Origin: a phage
Strand: one strand, 5' to 3'
Length of the DNA stretch: 64,000 nucleotides
Assembly: GCA_020619395.1 (NCBI GenBank)
Contig: GCA_020619395.1_4860.1
Part shown: piece by piece, positions 48,201 through 56,541 of the stretch
Layout of the letters: each line of letters starts with the position of its first letter
Position numbering within the stretch: the stretch's first letter is position 1
Translations under genes and position numbers: made by a program
The notes under the pieces: generated by a model
Databases searched by the model: none
What the model was told of the DNA's origin: nothing
The model's input: the letters and a program-made list of their open reading frames with translations, nothing else

Positions 48201-49499
48201 TTAGGTGATGTGGAATTTAGGGATGTACTCTTTAACCACGGTTTCGCGACCGTGCATCGCACCCATTGCAGTGGTCATAACGTTCGAGAAGCCGGAAGAG
48301 ATATCCGCAGCGATTGCCCGTGGCTCTTCTGCTTTGTGTGCAGAGGCGCACGCCGCACAACAGTCTACGTGACCTTGCTGACATAAGATGGGTCGGCGGA
48401 GTCGAACAACTTTACCAAATTGTGTTTTCAAATACTCTTCGGTGAGTTGGGTAACTTTACCGTTAATCATCGCGTTCATGCCAACATAACGCTTGTAGTT
48501 ATACTGGTTAATTACAAGTGCATGTGTCAGTTTTGTCCCGCAATCACCAGGTACGATTTTGTGGTTCTGGAAGATCATCTGGATGATACGTACTTGCTCC
48601 CCGCCCTTGGCAGTTTCTGCACCACGCATGAAGGAACCTTCTCGCGTATCATTGAACTTCTCTACCAGATACTTCATCCCGGTCTGATCAACTTCCATCA
48701 GACTCGTTGGGATTAAGGTAAAATCTGCACCTTCTTTAAAAGCGGTCTGAATACCATACATCAGCATCAGCTTACGGCGACGCATACGCGCTTTAGGAGA
48801 GCTGTAGAACTCAACGGACTGGTCGCCACTCAACCACTCTTTATCAAGTTCGTCGAGAGCTTTTTCAATCATAACGATAACCGCAGGGTTATCCAGTTCG
48901 TCTTTGTGCTTCAACAGCAACGCATCTCGTACCTTATACGCGTCAGGATGCGTTGTAAGGCTTCTAATAGTTCCTGTTGGGGCAATCCCACGACACAACG
49001 GAGCAAGCTCGTGTAGACCCCCTACAAAGCGTCCTATCATGTACGGTCGAATCGCGTCTTCGTTGTCTGGATCGGTGTCATCATATTCCACACAACGCTC
49101 ATACATCTCTTTACGGTAGGCTAGCGGGTCACGAGACTCTGCCAGATACGGGAGACGGGTACCGAAAGCGTAGTAGATAGCAATCCAGTTAAAGACATAG
49201 CGACCCACGGTAGTCGGAATGGGACCAGCTAAACCTGGGTACATCTCAGGACGCAATTCAAACTGCTCTTCCGGCACGAACAGCTCTTCATCTTTTTTGC
49301 ACCCTTCAATCGGCACCCACTTGGTTTCTTCGTTTTCCCAGTAGTGGGGTAAGCCGTCAATATAGTTCAGGTCGTATTGCTCAGGCGGCTCACCTTTTTC
49401 ATTAAAGATAGCCACGTTGAAAACCGCAATACGCCACACCAGTCTACGCCAAGCTTCTGCTTTACACGCAGCAACCAGATAATCAATCTTGTTCATCAT
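48201..49499 (-). CDS. hypothetical protein (432 aa) with C-terminal Cys cluster
   Basis: ORF; C-terminal CQQGHVDCCAACASAH. Confidence 0.5.
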   Translation of the reverse strand: MMNKIDYLVAACKAEAWRRLVWRIAVFNVAIFNEKGEPPEQYDLNYIDGLPHYWENEETKWVPIEGCKKDEELFVPEEQFELRPEMYPGLAGPIPTTVGRYVFNWIAIYYAFGTRLPYLAESRDPLAYRKEMYERCVEYDDTDPDNEDAIRPYMIGRFVGGLHELAPLCRGIAPTGTIRSLTTHPDAYKVRDALLLKHKDELDNPAVIVMIEKALDELDKEWLSGDQSVEFYSSPKARMRRRKLMLMYGIQTAFKEGADFTLIPTSLMEVDQTGMKYLVEKFNDTREGSFMRGAETAKGGEQVRIIQMIFQNHKIVPGDCGTKLTHALVINQYNYKRYVGMNAMINGKVTQLTEEYLKTQFGKVVRLRRPILCQQGHVDCCAACASAHKAEEPRAIAADISSGFSNVMTTAMGAMHGRETVVKEYIPKFHIT

Positions 49500-50367
49500 C
49501 TACCTCCGCGTCCCCACTAGCGTATATGACTTTCAACGCTTCCAATCCTTTCCGCAAGATTTCTCCAGGCGGGACGTTGTCGACGTTCAACAAGGCAAGG
49601 TTCTTTTCTAAGTCACCGTAAGCCCCGTCAAACTCCGCATGAGGAATAATCGATAAACCTACCGCATACATCGTCAGCAAATCAATTTCGCTAATGTCTT
49701 CTACGCGAAACTCTAACGACTGCTGCACTACCGTTAAGTCTGGCTCAGCAGGCAGATTCATAAAGACAAACGCTGACGGGTTCTCAGGGAACAACCGCAA
49801 GTAAGTGACGATACGCTCTTGGCGCACATCATCGCTGTTTCGTTTCTGGCTTTCCAACGACTCTGCTGCTAAGAAGTTTTCCATCACGGTAAGCACGCGT
49901 GGGCTGACAACAGTAATCAGGTCTTCAAAGTGCAGGTTTTCGTCACCGTAAACATAACGACACATGTTCTCCAGGATATACTCTGGTGTCTCACCAGAGG
50001 AGACGATCCCGTAAAGAGCGTCGCTGTCTTCGAACTCTTCGAAGGCTTCCAACACACCGTGAAGGATACGTACGGTTTCTTTCGGTTTCTGGAAGACGAT
50101 TTGTGGATTAAGTCCGATACCGAGGCGGTTGCCTAATCCAACCGCTACCTTCACGATAATGGATTCCAGACGAACAGTTTCGTCCGCAGGGTCAGACAAC
50201 GGGTTGCTATAAACATCGGATAACGCCACATCGTAACCGTAATCCATACCGAGCGTCACTAAATCTAGCATCGGTGCTGCACGACCTTCGTGACGGTTGA
50301 CTGTCAATACAGCCGCATAGTCGGTATAAATATCAATCATGGCTCTGTTCCATAGTGAAAAGGGCAT
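49483..50367 (-). CDS. hypothetical acidic protein (294 aa)
   Basis: ORF; start uncertain (no clear ribosome-binding site). Confidence 0.45.
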   Translation of the reverse strand: MPFSLWNRAMIDIYTDYAAVLTVNRHEGRAAPMLDLVTLGMDYGYDVALSDVYSNPLSDPADETVRLESIIVKVAVGLGNRLGIGLNPQIVFQKPKETVRILHGVLEAFEEFEDSDALYGIVSSGETPEYILENMCRYVYGDENLHFEDLITVVSPRVLTVMENFLAAESLESQKRNSDDVRQERIVTYLRLFPENPSAFVFMNLPAEPDLTVVQQSLEFRVEDISEIDLLTMYAVGLSIIPHAEFDGAYGDLEKNLALLNVDNVPPGEILRKGLEALKVIYASGDAEVDDEQD

Positions 50368-50395
50368 TCATACCAAGGCGAATAAAAAAAGAAAA

Positions 50396-50411
50396 CGGGG
50401 CCGAAGCCCCG
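50396..50411 (-). terminator. rho-independent terminator
   Basis: A-run + cggggc-cgaa-gccccg hairpin downstream of the stop of 50420..50791. Confidence 0.6.
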
Positions 50412-50419
50412 AATTTCTA

Positions 50420-50791
50420 TTAATGTCCCGTCAGATCTTTCTCCAGCTCTTTTAGCGCACGTTCACCTGCCACCTGTTCGCCGGCTTTGGCGATAATCGC
50501 TTTGCGACGACGGATGTTGTCGAGCATCAGGAGTATCTGCCAGCGGGGGCGGTCGAGGAACTCGTCTATCGACATCCGGTAGTTTTCACCGACCTCTTCA
50601 CGTAAGTAAGTGGCGTACCAGATATCGTAAAGACTACCGTATACCGGGTTTTCAAAATCCGACAACCCTACCTGATGGTCGCCGGTATTAAGAGCCAGTG
50701 TACGGTCATACGCTTCCAGAAGCTCGTTATGGGCTTCCTGATACGTAATAGGACGTGTGCTACGCTGCTTGAAGAGAGAGGTGGTATCCAT
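50420..50791 (-). CDS. hypothetical protein (123 aa)
   Basis: ORF but no recognisable ribosome-binding site; frame stays open upstream of the ATG. Confidence 0.35.
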   Translation of the reverse strand: MDTTSLFKQRSTRPITYQEAHNELLEAYDRTLALNTGDHQVGLSDFENPVYGSLYDIWYATYLREEVGENYRMSIDEFLDRPRWQILLMLDNIRRRKAIIAKAGEQVAGERALKELEKDLTGH

Positions 50792-50835
50792 CTTGAGCGT
50801 TGTAATGATTTGCTCGGACGGAACGTCTTCCTGGT

Positions 50836-52806
50836 CTAGCCAATATCGGCGTATTGATCCAGCAAGAATTTCTGAATCTCGGACACCACTCGAGAGAGCA
50901 CGAAAAAAACCCTGTCCGGTGAGATGGTAACAATACCACGATACAGACCGTCTTTCTCGCCGTGTGTTTTACCGCACGCCGGGCAGCGTTTACCCATGTA
51001 ACCGAATACCGCTAAACGTGTACGTTCGTTGTATTCAGCAATTGCGTTTTCAAACTGGCCAACGTAGATACGGTCGGAAGACAGCTCTTCTAGCATCTCA
51101 ACGATTTTCGCTGTGTCGGTTTCAGTTTGTGGGATAACCTGCATTTCACCGTTTACTTCACGTTGCTCGTTAACAGTGATAGATTTCACCATGTGAGCAT
51201 AGCGCGTTAAGCGACGGGCTTCCGCAGTTAAACGCATATGGGATTCACGTTCACGCTCGGTAGCAAATTCAGACAGCGCTGCCGTAGTTGACGCGTTAAC
51301 GTCTTCAATCCACTTCTCAGTGGAGTCAAAGAAGCTACCCAGGGTAGAACGGCCAAATTCAACACGCACGTCGTGGTATTCAAATACCGAGGATGGGTCA
51401 ACCTGATGCGCCGCGATATATTCGCGCTGTTCAGCAATAGAAATCACAGGACGCTCAGTACCGCGTTGACGTGCCCACAGTTGTTTCTGCAGGTCGCTAA
51501 ACAGACCGGAACCGAAACGGATACAACGCGCGATATTCAGCTTCACATCTTCCTGCTGAGTACAACCGTCCTCACCGCACATCAGCGTCCATGGAATACC
51601 AGACGGCCATTTCGCTTGCAGCGGACCCAGAATTACCAGCCAGTAGTCAGCCAGATCAATGGTATCCAACAGCACAGTACGCAGATCGTTACCCGCGCAG
51701 TCGATGGTTGCTTCAGTAACAAACTGAAGTGCGAATTCAACCATGTGACGCATGTACACACCAGAAGACGACGACAGCATCAAACCGTAGGTCTGCATAC
51801 CGATGGTCGCAGTTTCCAGTGTGAGGCGCATGTCGAAGTCACAAAGGTCACGTTCATGCGGTGCGCGGAAGCCCACGTAGATACCTGTGGCCGGCAACCA
51901 AACCATATTCGGAATACCCGACTTACGTACACGGCGCAAAGCAGCCAGCGCGCCAGTGTGCATATTGTCACGCGGTGCAATAGCACCAGATGCCTTACCG
52001 TCCGGCAACATCACACGCTGTTCCCAAGCGGTGTCGCCACGGTCCAGTGCACCCGCGAATGCTGGTACGCCGTCCTGTAGACGTGGCGGGGTCATGTTCA
52101 AAGCACGATAGATGTCGTCGTATACCTGTTGCTGTTCAGGGCTTTCGAATAGCAGCCGGCCGTCTTTCGGTGAACGTTTAATATTACCGAGGAACTTTTG
52201 CAGGGAGTCTGCAATGATGTTAGGGTCTTGTTTCAGACCAATCAACATCTTCGACTGTGTCAGAATACGATCAGCTTCGTCTTCACCCATTTCGGCAGTT
52301 TCAGCTAAATGGGTATTACCGAAGTTAATCTCACGCACCTGTTGTTGTTCCGGAACCTTCGGTGCTGCATCTTCCATTTCTTTTACAGCCGGCTGGGCCG
52401 GTGCAACCGCTTCCGGAGCTTTTGGCTGCGGAGCAGGTTCTACCGCAGGCGCTTTCTCTACTACCGGTTCCGGGGCACGATGTAGGTGCTCCTGCACCTG
52501 TTCAGCAAAAGTCTGAGGTGCCGGTGGTACAGGCGCAGCAGGTTCAGGCAACGCCTCTTCTACAAACGTCGGACGCTCAAGCTTAGGCTCAGGACGATGA
52601 TAGTGTTGGTGATAAACTTCTTCTGCACGGGCAAAAGAAAAATCGGGATTGGCTTGTTTAATAGCCATGATGATTGCATCCGAGGTCGCGTCATCAGGCA
52701 CGGTCGGAAGAATCATCTCTTGTTGGGTAGCAGCCGCCACAGGGGCTGGCTGGTCGGGATTAGGGCGACGGGCATTACCCGGACGCTGATCTTGGATCTC
52801 AGACAT
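50836..52806 (-). CDS. hypothetical protein (656 aa) with Pro/Ala-rich N-terminal region
   Basis: GAGGAAG ribosome-binding site; residues about 70-160 are PEP/APE-rich low complexity; C-terminal C-P-A-C-G Cys pair. Confidence 0.55.
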   Translation of the reverse strand: MSEIQDQRPGNARRPNPDQPAPVAAATQQEMILPTVPDDATSDAIIMAIKQANPDFSFARAEEVYHQHYHRPEPKLERPTFVEEALPEPAAPVPPAPQTFAEQVQEHLHRAPEPVVEKAPAVEPAPQPKAPEAVAPAQPAVKEMEDAAPKVPEQQQVREINFGNTHLAETAEMGEDEADRILTQSKMLIGLKQDPNIIADSLQKFLGNIKRSPKDGRLLFESPEQQQVYDDIYRALNMTPPRLQDGVPAFAGALDRGDTAWEQRVMLPDGKASGAIAPRDNMHTGALAALRRVRKSGIPNMVWLPATGIYVGFRAPHERDLCDFDMRLTLETATIGMQTYGLMLSSSSGVYMRHMVEFALQFVTEATIDCAGNDLRTVLLDTIDLADYWLVILGPLQAKWPSGIPWTLMCGEDGCTQQEDVKLNIARCIRFGSGLFSDLQKQLWARQRGTERPVISIAEQREYIAAHQVDPSSVFEYHDVRVEFGRSTLGSFFDSTEKWIEDVNASTTAALSEFATERERESHMRLTAEARRLTRYAHMVKSITVNEQREVNGEMQVIPQTETDTAKIVEMLEELSSDRIYVGQFENAIAEYNERTRLAVFGYMGKRCPACGKTHGEKDGLYRGIVTISPDRVFFVLSRVVSEIQKFLLDQYADIG

Positions 52807-53419
52807 TAGCCGCTTCCTCGGTTTCTACTACAACGTCGTTGTGATCGACGATGGCGTTTTTAGGGAGTTCTTTCGAATTATTAGCCAAAGCTTCGGCCAA
52901 CAGAACTTCGGCTTGTTCCACGGTATGACCGTTATTCAGCGCCTGCTTCACGAACTTCACTTTCGCGTTATACGTGGAGAAGATTTCGATACTGGTGCCC
53001 TGAATATCCATCGCAAGCATGTTTGCCCGCTGGTCAATCAGGGACAGTTCGGTGTGGTCGACGTGGAACTGGTCTTTGATTTCTTTCCACGTTTTGCTGT
53101 TATCGTTCAGCATGTCAAACACCGGCACAGCCTTAGCATCTGCCTCAACAATCAGTTTACCGAACAGCTCTTTGCCCTGTTGGCACATGCCAAGGAAAGC
53201 CGCCTGTGCTTCATCCAGCGCTTTCAATGTGAAAGCTTTCAGCTCTTCGTGCGCAATGGCTTCAGTTACTTCACGCTCCCGATCAATTTTGCCTGACAGG
53301 AATTCGGTACTTTCGATAAACACAGCTTGTTTTTTCAACACAGACTGCATCATCGCCTTGACGAAATCGCGTGCGTCTTTACGTGGGTTATAAGCGGGTT
53401 TCTTTTTGCGACGACTCAT
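52799..53419 (-). CDS. hypothetical protein (about 206 aa) with basic N-terminus
   Basis: ATG at 53419 preceded by AAAGGA ribosome-binding site (MSRRKKKPAYNPRK...). Confidence 0.5.
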   Translation of the reverse strand: MSRRKKKPAYNPRKDARDFVKAMMQSVLKKQAVFIESTEFLSGKIDREREVTEAIAHEELKAFTLKALDEAQAAFLGMCQQGKELFGKLIVEADAKAVPVFDMLNDNSKTWKEIKDQFHVDHTELSLIDQRANMLAMDIQGTSIEIFSTYNAKVKFVKQALNNGHTVEQAEVLLAEALANNSKELPKNAIVDHNDVVVETEEAANV

Positions 53420-53479
53420 CGTAATAATCCTTTTGCAATTAGGGGTTGGGTGTATACACAATATACACCCAAAACGTGA

Positions 53480-53863
53480 TTAACTTGCATCGTGTGGAAC
53501 AGTCACCCAATCGTGCCATTTTTCAGAGTAAAGACGATAAGCCATCTTTGGATTCTGATCGACGCTGCCGGCCGGGTTCTCATTCCACAACACGTACGTA
53601 TATAACTCGTACGACGAAGTGTTACGGATACTTGACGTGCGGGTGACGTAGTACGTCAACCCGCGTTGGTTAAGGAACAGGCCGCTGTAATGTTCAGTGA
53701 CCATGTAGTAGTGAAACGCCTGGTTGATAGTGGCGTCGGTGCAGAGTTTCTTAGCGACGTCTTCTACGCCGGGATACGCCTTTAGAATGTTTTCGAGAAA
53801 ACTTGCTAAAGTCATTCCGATGTAGGGTGGCAGCGGCTCTGCTGGACGCGGCGGAGTGAGCAT
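53480..53863 (-). CDS. hypothetical protein (possibly spurious or shorter)
   Basis: Track ORF overlaps the 3' end of the helicase gene by 113 nt; true extent uncertain. Confidence 0.3.
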   Translation of the reverse strand: MLTPPRPAEPLPPYIGMTLASFLENILKAYPGVEDVAKKLCTDATINQAFHYYMVTEHYSGLFLNQRGLTYYVTRTSSIRNTSSYELYTYVLWNENPAGSVDQNPKMAYRLYSEKWHDWVTVPHDAS

Positions 53864-56495
53864 GTGATTTCCTTACAACGTAGGGGGATGTCGCGATACG
53901 GAACGACAATACGACATCCTTGAGTGATTTCTGGCGGGCATTCAGGTAATTGCAATGCTTCGGTACGTTATACGCATGGAATAACCACACCGTTGGGTCT
54001 ATTTCACCCCACTCGTTGTGGAGAATCTTACGTGGACGACCGGCCATCTGTTCGTTCAGTTGCTGGTCTTCTACCGGGGTTGAGATGTACATGTGCACCA
54101 ACCCAGGTTTATCGACCGCAGTCCCCGCTTTCCCCGGTGTGGAGATAGAGAAGTCTGCTTGGATAAAGTCGTCATACGAATCGCCTGCATTATATTTCGC
54201 CACCATGAGTGGATGGAATACAGGGTCACGCGATAACTTATCTTTCACATACTCGGTAAAGAACTCACACATTGCAACCGTAGCAAATAGCAGCAAACAC
54301 TTCTGGCCGGGTTGATACCGTTTAAGGAACGATTTCTCAACCACATCCCAGATCATGTTCGCGTATTCTAAATGCAAGTTCTCTTTAATCAGCTTCCCTT
54401 CGAAGAGTTTGTGGTTATACGGCGTCATCTTCGACGCCCACCACGCGAACTTCTTATCATCCAGTCGATAGTACAACGCTTTCACGTCAACCACCGGAAT
54501 GATTGGAATACTGATTCGGTACTCCATTGGGAAGCGTTCTAAATACCGCTCCGCGATAAAGGCTTTACTGCTACCCGGTTTAAGAGTTGCAGACATCTCT
54601 ATCGATGCCGGCGGGTTCAACATTATACCAGCCATGTAAACGAGGTGAAAATGCTCGTGCACCTCATCCATCGCCACCAGACCCACACCCAGAACATCAT
54701 AAAACGTATCCAGGTCCACAGGGTTAGTCGCAGCAGTGTTAATGTACTCCTTCAGGAAACGCTGTAGAGAGACCGTGGGGAGGATTATTACCTTAATACC
54801 GCGTCTATCTAGCTCTCCCGACTTACCCATCTCCAGCGCGTCGTAAATCGCCTGTACGCCTGTACAAACTAACACCTCGTCACGAAGTATACGAAGTCCT
54901 GTTTCATCATCACAGACGTCAAACAGCCATTTGGGAACGTATGACGGACGGTGAATCAATGCGGTACGGGTTCCCCGTTTAACCATCGACTTCATACAGG
55001 TCTTGGTGTTGTGCGTAACGATCCACTTGTCCACCACAAACAACGCATCGTCGTTCTCGACACGAATACACGTGGCAAGATCACGACCAATGGGTTCGAT
55101 AGACTTAACACGGAGTTTCAGTATATCGGTGTATTGTCCGTTATCACGACACAGTTCTTTCTTCCTTGGAAGATGGAACAGTTTCGATGGTGTTTTGTGG
55201 CGGATGGAGACGTTATAAGCCAAACGACCTTCACGACGTTCGCCGTTGTGTGTGAAGAACGGACGTTTCTCGCGTAGTGTTGCAATCCCTCCTAAAGACC
55301 GCACAAGTTCCTGAACACCTAAAGCCAATTCTTTACTGGTGGAACAGAAAGAAGGCGTACCACCATCCTTATCCACAGTACCGTCAGTATCCATCAAGCC
55401 ACGCAACAACTCCCACCGTTGTTCGATGGACGTTTCGAAGTAATCTCCAGGTATGAACTTTTCCCAAGACCTGCAGCCAATTAACCCTAACCGCTCAAGC
55501 TCTCTGCGGACAAGGTTAACACCGCCGGGACAAGAGATGCACTTCGTTATCCCATCGCTGTACGATGAATCATGGATTGCATGTCCAGCGGGCATGACCT
55601 CAGCAACACGGTCACGAATCTCCACATCGCCTTTGGTGTATAAAACACCAGGCATCGATAGGGAGCCATCACCCAAGAGGATACCGAGTAAATACGGATG
55701 AATGACAAAATCCTTAGCTGGCTTTTCCTCTGGTTCTGGTAATGGGATGTATACCCGTGGATTAGGCATCGAAATTAAACGTTTCATCTCTAGGGTATCA
55801 CGTACACCCCAGCGACGATTCTCGGTGGTATTAACGTAGTAGCTTTGCCACAAGTGCTCGCCACATACGTCAACACTCCTACCATCCCAAAACGTCACCT
55901 GATACAGGTCAACCACACCCTGTGGGAACACTCCAGAGACCATTGCTGGTTTTCCGTCACGCCCCGTAACGTAATCACCTAGCTGTATATCCTCAATGTT
56001 CTTCCAACCACCCGGTACACGCACACGCGTACCATGCGCGAGAGCTTTTCCTCTTCCTGTTTGTATCGCGAAAACCGTTTGTGAGCGCGATGGATCTGTT
56101 GCGGCGGCTACGACTTCATTCTGATAATAGAAACGCGACTCTGGGTCTGTCTCTTCCATCTTGAATCCGTAATTATCAAACGTGCACTTATAAGGTGTTC
56201 CTCGTACAGGACGGTGCTCTGTTAGCTTGTACTGAAAAGCGTATTCAATTGCTGCTCGTTGGAGGATATGTTTAATCTTCTCAGCGAACACTTTATGGAA
56301 AATGAACGTCCTTAAAGACGGAATGTGGGCGTAGTACGCGTCACCGCGTTCCGTGGTTATTCGTCCATGTTGCTTGCCCATCTTTGGGGCGTGCATATTC
56401 TCTTCGGCCCACGCGAGTATGGCCCTTTCAGCCTGGCGGATAGGGACTTCAACCCGTACCCCCATACTCGTGTAAGTCATTTGAATTTCTACCAT
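53751..56495 (-). CDS. SF2 DExH-box helicase interrupted by an intein
   Basis: Extein motifs: Walker A AIQTGRGK|T (split by the intein), Walker B LVAMDEVHE, motif III SAT, motif VI QMAGRPRK; basic RRRRRR C-terminus. Start set at ATG 56495 because the longer track ORF runs through terminator 56520-56538. Confidence 0.8.
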   Translation of the reverse strand: MVEIQMTYTSMGVRVEVPIRQAERAILAWAEENMHAPKMGKQHGRITTERGDAYYAHIPSLRTFIFHKVFAEKIKHILQRAAIEYAFQYKLTEHRPVRGTPYKCTFDNYGFKMEETDPESRFYYQNEVVAAATDPSRSQTVFAIQTGRGKALAHGTRVRVPGGWKNIEDIQLGDYVTGRDGKPAMVSGVFPQGVVDLYQVTFWDGRSVDVCGEHLWQSYYVNTTENRRWGVRDTLEMKRLISMPNPRVYIPLPEPEEKPAKDFVIHPYLLGILLGDGSLSMPGVLYTKGDVEIRDRVAEVMPAGHAIHDSSYSDGITKCISCPGGVNLVRRELERLGLIGCRSWEKFIPGDYFETSIEQRWELLRGLMDTDGTVDKDGGTPSFCSTSKELALGVQELVRSLGGIATLREKRPFFTHNGERREGRLAYNVSIRHKTPSKLFHLPRKKELCRDNGQYTDILKLRVKSIEPIGRDLATCIRVENDDALFVVDKWIVTHNTKTCMKSMVKRGTRTALIHRPSYVPKWLFDVCDDETGLRILRDEVLVCTGVQAIYDALEMGKSGELDRRGIKVIILPTVSLQRFLKEYINTAATNPVDLDTFYDVLGVGLVAMDEVHEHFHLVYMAGIMLNPPASIEMSATLKPGSSKAFIAERYLERFPMEYRISIPIIPVVDVKALYYRLDDKKFAWWASKMTPYNHKLFEGKLIKENLHLEYANMIWDVVEKSFLKRYQPGQKCLLLFATVAMCEFFTEYVKDKLSRDPVFHPLMVAKYNAGDSYDDFIQADFSISTPGKAGTAVDKPGLVHMYISTPVEDQQLNEQMAGRPRKILHNEWGEIDPTVWLFHAYNVPKHCNYLNARQKSLKDVVLSFRIATSPYVVRKSHAHSAASSRAAATLHRNDFSKFSRKHSKGVSRRRRRR
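55008..56045 (-). mobile_element. class-3 (WCT-type) intein with LAGLIDADG homing-endonuclease domain, 346 aa
   Basis: Block A ALAHGTRVRV...QLGDYV (Ala at position 1); block B GEHLW; LAGLIDADG motifs LLGILLGDGS and LLRGLMDTDGTVD; block F ATCIRVENDD; block G WIVTHN followed by +1 Thr. Confidence 0.8.
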
Positions 56496-56519
56496 GCTGC
56501 CCCTCTTCGCACAAAAAAA

Positions 56520-56538
56520 GAGGGGCGCAAGGCCCCTC
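56520..56538 (-). terminator. rho-independent terminator / attenuator between beta-prime fragment and helicase
   Basis: gaggggc-gcaag-gcccctc hairpin preceded by an A-run (T-run on minus strand) just after the stop of 56542..58647. Confidence 0.55.
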
Positions 56539-56541
56539 GGT

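Noticed and set aside
48201-49499. Possible beta-prime N-terminal fragment
   Set aside because: Only a weak R-x-R-x-x-L-L resemblance and no NADFDGD catalytic motif; left as hypothetical.
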